Source: Camelus ferus (Eukaryota). From it: a stretch of 64,000 nucleotides of DNA. Under the pieces are notes generated by a model that worked only from the letters and a program-made list of their open reading frames with translations, was not told where the DNA came from and made no database searches. Location: the NCBI RefSeq assembly GCF_009834535.1, contig NC_045707.1, positions 46,316,001 to 46,380,000 on the forward strand, read 5' to 3'. Position 1 is the first letter of the stretch; every line of letters begins with the position of its first letter. This document shows positions 11,697-22,213 of this stretch, piece by piece. The translations under genes were made by a program, and so were the position numbers.

Positions 11697-13217
11697 ACAG
11701 CAGTTCCATTTTTGGTCTTAATGCTTTTAGAAATTATTGAGGACCTCAATGAGCTTACATTTATATGCCCTATGTTTGGTAATATTTATATTATTAGAAA
11801 TTAAAACTCAGAGTTTACAAAAATATTAGTTTACTTTAAAATGACAATAGTAAGTTACTGCCTGCTAAACTAAACTTTAAATATTTGCCAGAAAAATTAA
11901 ATATTAAATATTTGCCAGAAGAAAAAAAAGTAGAAGTGGCATTATGTCACAATGTTTTTTTCAAGTCTCTTCAATGTCCAGTTTAATAGAAGACAACGGG
12001 ATTCTCACATCTGATTCTGCATTCAGTCTGTTGTGATATGTTACTTTGGTTTGAGGGGGTTTAGAGCAGGCTGTCCCAGAATATGTCACTTTGGCATATG
12101 GATTATTTAGAACTGAAGACAATTAAGGCCTGGCAGACTCAGGAAGAGCTTTTTACTTCCTCTTGAACTGCCTAAAAGAATTTAGATAGGAGACCTATAC
12201 CAAGAAGAGAGCTATAACCAAAGATAACTTCTTATATCCTAAAGACTTATCTTCATGGCATGGGAAACATTTGTTTACCAAACGTCTGCTCTTCTTATCT
12301 TCCTGTGAATTATCTTCCTTCCCTTTGAGATCCTACAACGCTATCCTCTTCTCCTTCTCCTTAGCTCAGGATGGTATGTAAGCCTTAATTACCTGGCTGC
12401 TGGAGAGTCTCTCAAGTCTTTGTGGGCTCCTGTATGTACAAAATTAAATTTGTTTTTCTCCTGTTAATCTGTCTTATGTCAGTTTAATATTAGGCCAGCC
12501 AAAGAATTTAGAATGGACGAAGGGAAAAGTTTTTGCTCCCAGAGGATACATGAAGAAAACCTGATCCCACACAGACATGTAGTTGGAAAAGGGGCAGGAG
12601 TATTTTAGTGACCTTTGCAGGTAACTGGGTATTTTTTGTATATCCCAGACCTCCACAGGTAGTAGTTTTAAAATGTTAGTTGCAATGTGGAATCTAAAAC
12701 TATATCATATTCTGTGACATTAAAATCAGTCTAACTTCTTTGAATGGCTCTGTCATCCATATAAGATTTTATAACATCATGCACTATTTATTTGGAAAAT
12801 ACTGTTCACTGAGTTATGCAGATTTTCCAATTGTTAACACATTTCATTATATAATATCCAAAAAAGTCACATTCATTAACATCACCACCAGTCTTACCAC
12901 AGCAATCCTTAAGTATTGGTATTCAGTCAGGCTCATGATGCTAGATGCAAGTTTTCCAAATTTCTAGTTTTCACTTGAAAGCTCAAATTTTGTCATTGGT
13001 AACAAATGCCATCACTTATTTTTCTTGAAGTGACTGGCCCACTTTATTTTTGATAAAATGTCTCCCAAATACCCGAGTCTGAACAACCATTGTGTCAGCA
13101 TTCTTTTGAATCAAATGGTGTTCTATTAAAAAATGTCAAGTTCAGCAACTCACTTACACAAGTACCCTTCCTTGAGACAGCCACTGTGCTTAGGGTACGC
13201 AGCAGAGTGCTTTATGT
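11697..13217 (-). mobile_element. Charlie1-like hAT DNA transposon fragment (split by an LTR)
   Basis: Reverse strand near 13160-13217 reads HKAL/LRT..QWLSQGRVLV across frameshifts, a decayed hAT transposase HKALLLHTEVRWLSRGK motif. Confidence 0.75.
12052..12542 (+). mobile_element. MER34-like ERV1 solo LTR inserted in Charlie1
   Basis: CCCAGAATATGTCACTTTGGCATATGGATTATTTAGAACTGAAG start; ATTAAATTTGTTTTTCTCCTGTTAATCTGTC near the 3' end, similar to the 6379-6898 LTR. Confidence 0.7.
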
Positions 13218-13362
13218 TCCCAGAGTGTGGTCTCCAAACCAGCGGCCTCAGCACCACCTGGGAACCTGTTCAAAATCACAAATTATTGGGCCCCGCTCCA
13301 GACCAACAGTGTTTTACAACCCTCCAGGTGATTTGGATTCCCTCTGAAGTTTGAGAACCACT
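13218..13362. mobile_element. MER5A (hAT-Charlie MITE)
   Basis: AGTGTGGTCTCCAAACCAGCGGCCTCAGCACCACCTGGGAAC...CCCTCCAGGTGATT...AAGTTTGAGAACCACTG. Confidence 0.8.
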
Positions 13363-13377
13363 GCTTCAGTCTTCTTG

Positions 13378-14330
13378 CAGTGGTTCTTAATCGTGGTTGC
13401 CCATTTAGAATCAACTGGGTAGCTTAAAATCTCCAATACCTAGTACTTTTTTTAATTTTAATTGAAGTATAGTCAGCTACAATGTGTCAATTTCTGGTGT
13501 ACAGCACGTTTCAGTCATACATATATATATATATACATATATTTGTTTTCATATTTTTCATTATAGGTTACTACAAGATATTGAATATAGTTCCCTGTGC
13601 TATATGGAAGAAACTTGTTATCTATTTTATATATAGTAGTTAATATTTGCAAATCTCAAGCTCCCAATTTACCCCTTCCCAGTCTCTTTCCTCTGGTAAC
13701 CATAAGTTTGTTTACTATGTGAGTCTGTTTCTGTTTTGTAGATAAGTTCATTAGTGTCTTTTTTTTCTTTTTTAGATCCCACATATGAGTGATATCGTAC
13801 CATATTTTTCTTTCTCTTTCTGGCTTACTTCACTTTGAATGACGATCTCTGGGTCCATCCATATTGCTGCAGATGGCATTCTTTTATTCTTTTTTATGGC
13901 TGAGTACTATTCTATTGTATAAATATGCCACAGCTTCTTTATCCAGTCATCTGTCGATGTACATTTAGGTTGTTTCCATGTCTTGGCTATTGTAAATAGT
14001 GCTGCTATGAACATTGGGGGTACCTGTATCTTTTCGAATTAGAGTTCCCTCTAGGTATATGCCCAGCAGTGGGATTGCTAGATCATATGGTAGGTCTATT
14101 TTTAGTTTTTTGAGGAATCTCCATACTGTTTTCCATAATGGCTGCACCAAACTACATTTCCACCAAAGTGTAGGTGGATTCCCTTTTCTCTACACCCTCT
14201 CCTATATTTATTGTTTGTGAACTTTTAAATGATGAATGCCTACTTACTCTTGATCATTTATATCACAAGGGTGGGACCCAGCTATCAGTATGTTTTTAAG
14301 TTCCCCTGATGATGCCAGAGTGCAGCCAGT
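13378..14330. mobile_element. MER5-family MITE split by a young L1
   Basis: CAGTGGTTCTTAATCGTGGTTGCCCATTTAGAATCA on the left; GGGTGGGACCCAGCTATCAGTATGTTTTTAAGTTCCCCTGATGAT on the right of the L1. Confidence 0.65.
13446..14233 (-). mobile_element. Relatively young lineage L1, 3' end, antisense
   Basis: T-rich tail then ATTGAAGTATAGTCAGCTACAATGTG; minus-strand [34 protein letters not shown] (L1 ORF2 C-terminus); close to the copies at 40.6 and 57.5 kb. Confidence 0.95.
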
Positions 14331-15011
14331 GCCTTAGGCTCTCTGTCTCAAACTGTTAGCTCTTTCTTGTCTAGTGCTGGATAGTCATCTATTTAAAATG
14401 GAGCTCTCTGACAAGTTCCTGGAGTGTTAATAACTAGCCTGCTGTTGGTTGGAGAGAAATCAATTTGTCTTTCAGGATCATTTTCCTATCTTGAATAGTT
14501 AGGAAATCCCTAATGGTGAACAAGAAAATTTCCTAGGAGGACTCAGGAACACTTTGGATTAGTTAAATCTCTCTTTTAGGAAAGTGGAAACCCTCATAGG
14601 TCTGATGAGATACCTGCTTTGGTTACCACTGAAGCCCCTGATTCAGCTGCCAGCTTGCTTTTCTCCATAGCCTTCATTTCTCCAGACTGTCTTAGATTAG
14701 CAGCTGCCGCCCTTATTAGACTCAACATTCCTGTTTTATAATAATTATTTTTAACCTTTCTCAAATGAGATACATAAATGATGCAACCTGCCTACATACA
14801 TCATTTAAAAATCAATATAATGTACTAACTGTATTATAAAGGATAAATAAGATGGGGTTAATTTATAATAAAAATACATATTACAATGTATAAACACTTG
14901 AGGAAAATTGGCATATATAATAGAAGTTGTCAGGTGTTGGTATATGAATTTTATAGAAAAAATTTTATTATGAAAAATTTCACATATATGCTAAAGTAGG
15001 GAGAATAATAT

Positions 15012-16190
15012 TGTGATATTGTGATTTATAATAAAAAATACCATAGGAGATCGCTCATATGTGGAAGTCTTAAAAAAAAAAAAAAAGAACATAAATACAA
15101 AACAGAAACAGACTCATAGACATAGAATACTAACTTGTGGTTGCCAAGCGGGAGGGTGGTGGAAAGGGATAGACTAGGAGTTCAAAATTTGTAGATACTG
15201 ACAGGCATATGTAGAATAGATAAACAAAATTATACTGTATAGCACAGGGAAATATATACAAGATCTTGTGGTAGCTCACAGCGAAAAAAATGTGACAATG
15301 AATATATGTATGTTCATGTATAACTGAAAAATTGTGCTGTACACGAATTTGACAGAACATTGTAAAATGACTATAACTCAATAAAAAAGTTTAAAAAAAT
15401 AAAGAAAAAAGAAAAAAAACATATTTGATCTTGGTCCAATTTCTGGCATAGAACTCCTAAAACCCAAAGCAGCAAAGGTGTCTTTTGTTATATTAATGAG
15501 GTAACTTTGGGAAAGCACCTAAGGACAGAGGCTGGTCACCAGATGAACTACAGGGAATTAGAGGGTAGGAACTTTCAGTCCCACCCCTCCCCCCACCTGC
15601 GGGCAGGACAAAGGGGCTGGAGGTTGAATCAGTGGCCAATGGCCAATGATCGGTCATGCCTATGAAATGAGGCCTCCATAAAAACCCAAAAGGATGGGGT
15701 TCAGAGAGCTTCTGGGTTGGTGAACACAGGGAGATTTGGGGAGAGTCATGCACTCAGAGGGCAAGGAAGCTCTTCGCCCTTTCCTCATACCTTGCCCTTT
15801 GCATCTTTTCCATCTGGCTGTTCTTAAGCTACATCCTTTTATAATAAACCAGTAATCTAGTAAGTAAAATGTTTCTCTGAGTTCTGTGAGCCTCTTCAGC
15901 AAAGTAATCAAACCAGATGAAGGGGTCCTGGCAACCTCCAGTCTCTAGCCAGTCAGTCAGAAGTACAGGTGGTAACCTGGGCTTGTGGTTGGCATCTGAA
16001 GGGAATTTGTGCTGTCTTGTGGGACTGAGTCCTTAACCTGTGGAATCTGATGCTGTCTCTGGGTAGAGAGTGTCAGAACTGAGTTGAATTGTAGGCCACT
16101 CAGCTAGTAGCTGGGAAGTTGCTTGGTGGTGTGGGGACCCCATTCCCCTACCACCATACACACTTCTAAATTGGGTTCAGAATGATATTA
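15012..16190 (+). mobile_element. MER21-like ERVL-type LTR containing a short L1 insertion
   Basis: TGTGATATTGTGATTTATAATAA start; GGGTTCAGAGAGCTTCTGGGTTGGTGAACAC; TATAATAAACCAGTAA..GTTTCTCTGAGTTCTGTGAG. Confidence 0.8.
15041..15419 (+). mobile_element. Short young L1 3' end with A-rich tail
   Basis: CAGAAACAGACTCATAGACATAGAA, CTGTATAGCACAGGGAAATATATACAA, AATAAA then a poly(A)-like tail. Confidence 0.9.
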
Positions 16191-17409
16191 AGTATAGTGA
16201 ACTACTGTGTACTTATCAGAACCCATCTTTAACAGTGATCAATTACAAATAGCCAATTTTTTTCATCCTTACCAATGCTACTTAAAACGTAGTCCCTGGA
16301 CCAGTAGCAATCTCTCTCATCTAGGAGATTGTTAGAAATGCTAATTTATTGGCCTCTCCCTAGACCGCTGAATCAGAATCTCTGAGGAAGGGCCCAAGGA
16401 ATTTGTGTTTTAACAGTCTCTCCAGCTGATCTGTAGGTCCACTAGGGTTTGAGAACCACAGATCTGTATAACATCCCCATTTTCTCAGATTATTTAAGGC
16501 AAATCCCAGATAACATTCAGATTTATTTCATTCATAAAAAAATATTTTAATTTGAAAACCCATAATCACATACTACTATATCAGCTAACAAAAGTTAACT
16601 ATAATTCCTGAGTATCAGCAAATATTGTTTTACATTTTCTCAGATTTTCATGTCTTTTTACACTTGATTTATTTTTTATCAGTTTGAACACTGCCTTAGG
16701 TTGATATGTCTCTTAAATCTCTTAATCTGTAATGATTTTTCTATTTCCTGTCATTTATTTGTTAAAGAAACTGGATCATTTGGTACATAGTTTCCCACAT
16801 TCAGGAGTTTGCTGATTGTGTCCCTATGTTGTCATTTTGTCATGTTCCATTTAGCTCCGTATTTACTGTAATCCAGCTGTTAGATCTAAAGGCTTGATCA
16901 TAGTCAGGTTTGATCTTTTGTCAGGAGTATTTCACAGATGGTGCTATGCCCTTCTCACTGCATCACAGCAGAAAGCACATCGATACCTGGCTGTTGCTTT
17001 TTCTGATATAAAGGTTGATTAGTGAGTTCAAATGTTGACAGCGTGATCTACCCTGTACCAGTGCTTCCCAGCAGCCTTCTTAGCAGCCACTGATGATCAT
17101 TGCCTCTGTCCATTATTTCATCGAGAGGTGCAAAATGGTAATATCTAATTTTAAATTTTTTTCATGTTTATTACCTGAAATTAAAACTTTCTTAGTTCAA
17201 GTATTTGATAAGAAATAATAGGAAAGACAATGTAAGTGCTCAATTTAATTCCTTTACTTTATAAACCAGTCCTCAAATGAATTTATATTCTAAATTTTTA
17301 CTTTTGAATATCAGTATGTACTTGTGGATTTTAATATATTTCATATTTTTAATTCACTTCAGTCCTCACTCATTATGATGCTTATGTTGTTTCATCTTTG
17401 GCCAGAAGA

Positions 17410-20400
17410 AAGCAAGAATGGAGATGAGGGGGCTAAGGGCTGCCATCTCAATAAAAAGAGACAATATATTACCTAGTTTCCAAATTTGAGCCAATTTTCA
17501 GATCTGGAATCCACTGACTTAAGAAGTAACTGGATCCCTAGAAGGATTCCACAACATTGTAGAAAGTATACTATATCATAATGATTCCTCCAGTCATTCC
17601 CCCAAAGGGACCCAGGGTGTTTACCTAAGTAAGGTATTTACGATGGGGAAAGAGCAATACTCAGTCATTTCAAGGAGCTTTGAAGCTAAGTTCTGAGTAG
17701 ACTTTGATGACTGGAGACTCAGACTGCCCCCCTGTCACAGCAGAGGCTTACAGAAGCAGCTCATAGAGTCCTCGCTGAGTTCTGGTTTACAGAAAGTTCA
17801 CTGGGTCTGCAGGCTCAGCTGCTGATCGTTTCCCTGGTCCCTGAGTATGTAATTGGGATAGACAATACTTAGGAGTTGGAGTACTGGGTCATTTGGCTGT
17901 TAGAAAAGAGCTATCATAGTGAGGAAGACCAACCGGAAGCCTTTAAAATTGTTCCTCAGCCCAGCTAAGATAATGAAAACTTATATTGTGTCCCAGAGAA
18001 GGTGGTGATTCCTGTCGCTCTGAGTCCTGCACAATGAACGTAGGATGACCACAGCAAGCTTAACCAAGTAGTTGGCCCAGTTCAAGCTGTTTTGGACATG
18101 GTACCATTGCTAGGGCAGGTTAATAAGGCCTCGGGTGCATAGTATGTGGCCATTGATTTGGTGAACGCATTCTTTTACATTCCAGTCAGAAATAAGGATA
18201 AGAAGCAGTTCACATTCATGTGGAGGAGTTAATATTTATTTCCAGTTTTGTCCAAGGACTATGTTAACACTTCTGTCCTCTATTGTAATACAGTTTGAAG
18301 AGAGCTGAACTGTCTGGATAGCCTGCAAAACATCACAGTGGTATTTTATACCAATAATACACTGATGGGTAGGATGAGAAAGAGGTGGCTTGTATGCTCG
18401 AGGCCTTGATAAGACACATGCATCCAGAGGGTAGGAGATAAACCTTAAGAAGATTCAGGGATCTGCTACTTCTGTAAGGTTTTTAGAGGTCCAGTAGTCA
18501 GTGGCATGTGGAGACACCCCCTCCTCTGTATCTTGCATCTCCTGCTGTAGTGAAGCACAAAATCTAATGGGCCACGTTGGGTTCTGGAAGCACAGATTTC
18601 ATACCTAGGAATACTGCTCTGGCTCATATCCTGGGTGACCGTTCTGAGTGCAGCCTGGAACAGCAGTGGGCTCTGCAGTAGTGAGTGTGGAATTTACAGC
18701 AAGTCCCAGTGGGAGGTCACAGTATAGACTCCTGCAGGTGATGCCATCTGCAGCAGACGACTTTAGTCCTTTCAAGAAATGGTGCCTGGCATGGTCCTGA
18801 GCCCTAGTAGGGGCAGAAAGCTGGACTATGGGGCACCACGTTATCATGTGTCCAGAAGTGCCCTCATGAGCTGAGTTCTGCCAGATATGTCCAGTCATGA
18901 AGTTGATGGACCTTGCAGCAGTTCATCGTAATATGGAAATGATGCGTTCAAAATCAAACTTAGTCTAGTAGGATCAGAAAGCATGAGTAAACAACATGAG
19001 CTAGTAGCCCAGACCCCCATATCACCCACTATGCTTGGACCAACAACACCACCTCAGGTTGTATGGCCAGATGAGGGGGTCATATTTGACCCACTGAGGG
19101 AGGAGAAAAAAGCTCAAGCTTGATTATGAATGCTTGGTATGTGGGTGGAAGCTGAAAATGGGTGGCAGCACATTATAGCCACATTCAGTGGTGTCCCTAA
19201 AAGACAGTGGAGGGATTAAAGGGCAGAGCTTAAAGAAGCATAGCTGGTCATCCACTTTGTGTGGAAGATGTAGTGACCTGGGTGAGAATTTGTACATATT
19301 CCTAGGCAGTGGCAGTGGCCTGGGCAGCTGGTCAGGATTTTGAAGGAAAAGACTGGAAGATTGGAGATGGGAGGTCTGGAGTAGAGGCATGTGGTCAGAC
19401 ATATTAGAGTGCAAGAGTGAAGATTCTTATTCATCTTATATTTCTTCTGATCAGAAAACATTAAACACGGAAAAGGAATGATACAACCAAAGAGACAAAA
19501 AATTCTACTAGTTGATGTCAGTCAAGTTTTGTCAGGCCCACCCCAGAACTGGCACAATGGGCAGTTAATGGAATGGCCATGTTTGCAGGGGTAGATGTTA
19601 CACATGAGTCCAGCAATGTGAATTCTCTCTTACCAAGGTCAGTCTAGCTACTTCTGCCTTTGAAGGTCTAACTTGCCAGCCGCAGAGGCCAACACAGTCC
19701 CTGAAATGGCACTATTACTTGAGGAGATAAACCAGCCATTTGGTGACAAGTCAACAATACAGAGCCCTTTCCATCCTGGAGTGACCATTGGTTCATTCTC
19801 ATAGGGATATATGCTATTCTGGGTATGGGTTTGCCGTTTGCCTGCACAGCCTCAACTGTGTCACTGTCTAGGAGCTTTTGGAAGGCCAGATCCACTGGCT
19901 TGAGATCCAACTCAACATACCAGACAAAGAAACCGCTTAACAGTGAAGGTGATTCGGGTATGAGCTCATGACCGAGACCCCCTACTGGTTGTATCTGTAG
20001 CACTATCCAGAAGCTGCCAGCCTTACAAGAACATTGGACAGCCTACTGAAGGCACAGCTGAAATGCCAGTTCAGAGGTAGCATTCTGCAAGGATGGAGTG
20101 CCAACCTTCAGGATGCAGTATATACACTAAACCAGAGATCTCTGAATGGCACTATCCCTAATAGGAAGAATATATGGGTCCAGGGGAGGGAGCAGAGTGG
20201 CCCTACTTAACATCTCAATGAGTCATTGGGAGACTGTGCTTCCTGTTCCCACAACTCTGGGCTTTGCAGGTTTAGAAGTCTTGGTCCCCAGAGGGAGTAC
20301 ATTTTTGCCAGGGAACTAAGGATCCTAGTGAATTAAAAGCTATGGCTACTGTTCGGGTACTTTGGATTCTTTCTGTCCTGGCACCAGCAGGCAAGAAGAG

Positions 20401-20760
20401 GAGTCCTTATCTTGGCAAGGGTAACTGACCTAGACTAACAGGAAGAGGAAGGGCTGCTTTCATAAAATGGGCAGGGAAAAATATATGTTGATTCCACGTT
20501 GTCCATTTGGAATCTCCTGATACTTAATTGGAACTGTGGAAGGGATGTGCAGCAATCCCAGCCTGAGAAGTGTATTGTTAACAGTAAATACATGTTCTCA
20601 TCAAGAATGAGGATTTGGGTCATACCCAGGTATAAGCCACTGAGATCTGTGGAGGTGACAAGCAAAGGAGAGTAGATTTTGAAATGGATAATGGAGGAGG
20701 AAGATGAATAATAATTACATCCCTGAGACCAACTGAGTGATGAGGGTATAGTTTGTCCCA
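17410..20760 (+). mobile_element. Decayed ERV-L-class internal region (pro-pol: RT, RNaseH, integrase, dUTPase; ERV3-16A3-like)
   Basis: From 18143 YVAIDLVNAFFYIPVRNKDKKQFTFMW; QNITVVFYTNNTLM (degenerate VHYIDDIML); integrase-like YSGYGFA and HYPEAA..LLKAQL; dUTPase-like GYFGFFLSWHQQARRGVLILARVTD. Confidence 0.9.
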
Positions 20761-20772
20761 ATAACCTCCTTT

Positions 20773-22081
20773 ATGGTGGCCATGGGATGCATTGCTCAGA
20801 TCTCCCTTCAAGAGAGATCTGGCTGGAAAGACCAGAAAGAAAAAATAGAACTAAAGAAATTATGAAGTGGCTAGGAAATAATAGATGCAAATACTTCTAA
20901 AGCTACAGAAATATTGGGAAATAATACTTACGAAGAAGATGAAGCAGATGACGAAGATGAAGGAACTAAAAAAGGAATCCTTTGACAAAATGCCTCCAGC
21001 AGCAGTTAAAAATGGCATTAGTTCACCTCCAAAAGTCATACAAATTAAAAATAATGCCAAGAGAATTTCTCCCAAGCTGGCCTTTCACAAGCATCACAGC
21101 TAAAACTGTTAATGTGAATGAAGTTGACAATGAAGTTGGGCCCTCAAAGAGTCTAATATGAAACCACAGGGGTGGATCTGTGATAAGATTATTGATACTG
21201 TAGGCCAGATGGTGTCACCACAGTTAGATTCTGATGCTGTCACTCTCTTGAGGACAATAAGCAAAACTTAAAAGATGCATGTAGTTTCCCCAAAGTTCCC
21301 ACATGCCTTTTGAGGTCAAAAGATGGAAGAAACTTGTTGCAACTCAGAAATGTAAATACTCATGCAGCCTGGGAAGTTAATTCATCTTATTTTCCATGCT
21401 GGATCTCAGCTCTAAAGTCTTGTGTCCCAAGACTTACTCTGTATCCAACTTTAACCTAGGGGGAATAAAAAGAAAGAGAAAAGAGAACGCATCAAAATAG
21501 TCACCTTGGTATGTCTCATAAGATATTCTTATTTATATCATCTTGTTCTCTTGCTTCACTGCCAAGGGTTTCTGAGTACAGTGTCATTTTTTGTTTCCTT
21601 TAAAGAGAGAGAGACAGACGGACAGAGAGAGACAGAGAGACAGAGACAGAGAGACAGAGACACTGCTGTGAGGATTGTAGTTAGCTAACAGTCTTCTAGT
21701 GCCATACCTTGGGAATTCACCACAGCATTTATGTTGCAGAGTTACCTTCCCTTAACTGCTCCCTACAGAGGCTGAGTACAGCAGGACAATTGGAGCCCAG
21801 CCATGCCTGCCCAAATTGGGACCTTTCAAATGGTCAGTCTTTGTTCTGAGGCTCCTTATTGTCTGGCCAAGACTTCTCAGAGGTGAATGGTACCCTAAGG
21901 CTCTTCTTCCCTAACCTTGCTTCCTTCTCTTTCTTGCTTCATGGGCAGCAGAATCAGTCTGAAGGCACTCCTGGCCTACTGCTTCCTCTTTATTTTGTTC
22001 TTAATAGCTCTTTCCTCCAGTAAATCTCTTGCACATCTGATTTGTCTTGGCATCTGCTCTTTCAAGGACCTGAACTGACCA
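20773..22081 (+). mobile_element. LTR16-like 3' LTR of the ERV-L element, split by an ~0.8 kb insertion
   Basis: GGTGGCCATGG..GCTCAGATCTCCCTTCAAGAGAGA, resuming at ~21662 with CTGCTGTGAGGATTGTAGTTAGCTAACAG; ends TAAATCTCTTGCAC...TTGGCATCTGCT...GGACCTGAACTGACCA. Confidence 0.75.
20825..21660 (+). pseudogene. Candidate processed-pseudogene fragment of an unidentified gene
   Basis: Non-repeat-like sequence interrupting an LTR; disabled coding-like frame WKDQKEKIELKKL*SG*EIIDANTSKATEILGNNTYEEDEADDEDEGTKKGIL*; ends in a purine-rich GA/GACA microsatellite. Confidence 0.5.
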
Positions 22082-22087
22082 AAGTCC

Positions 22088-22213
22088 TATGTATTGCAGG
22101 ATGTTTAGCATCCCTGTCCTCATCCACAAATGCTGGTAGTACTGTCCCCCCAATCCTGAGGTGACTAATGATACCTTTACAAGATTGATAAAATACTTCT
22201 GTTGAGAACCACT
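22088..22213. mobile_element. MER20-like hAT MITE fragment
   Basis: TTGCAGGATGTTTAGCATCCCTG..CCACAAATGCTGGTAGTAC..GTTGAGAACCACT. Confidence 0.6.

Larger units (their letters stand above)
14960..17405 (-). mobile_element. Old L1 (L1MC-like) 3'UTR fragments, interrupted by an LTR and by MER5A (~16275-16460)
   Basis: GATTATTTAAGGCAAATCCCAGA, GATATGTCTCTTAAATCTC, TTTCCCACATTCAGGAGTTTGCTGATTG, CATCTTTGGCCAG. Confidence 0.65.

Noticed and set aside
20825..21460. Naming the insert as HP1/CBX, a SAM-domain gene, USP1, MIER1 or BRWD1
   Set aside because: Only short, non-collinear motif resemblances by eye; no assignment is supportable without a search.
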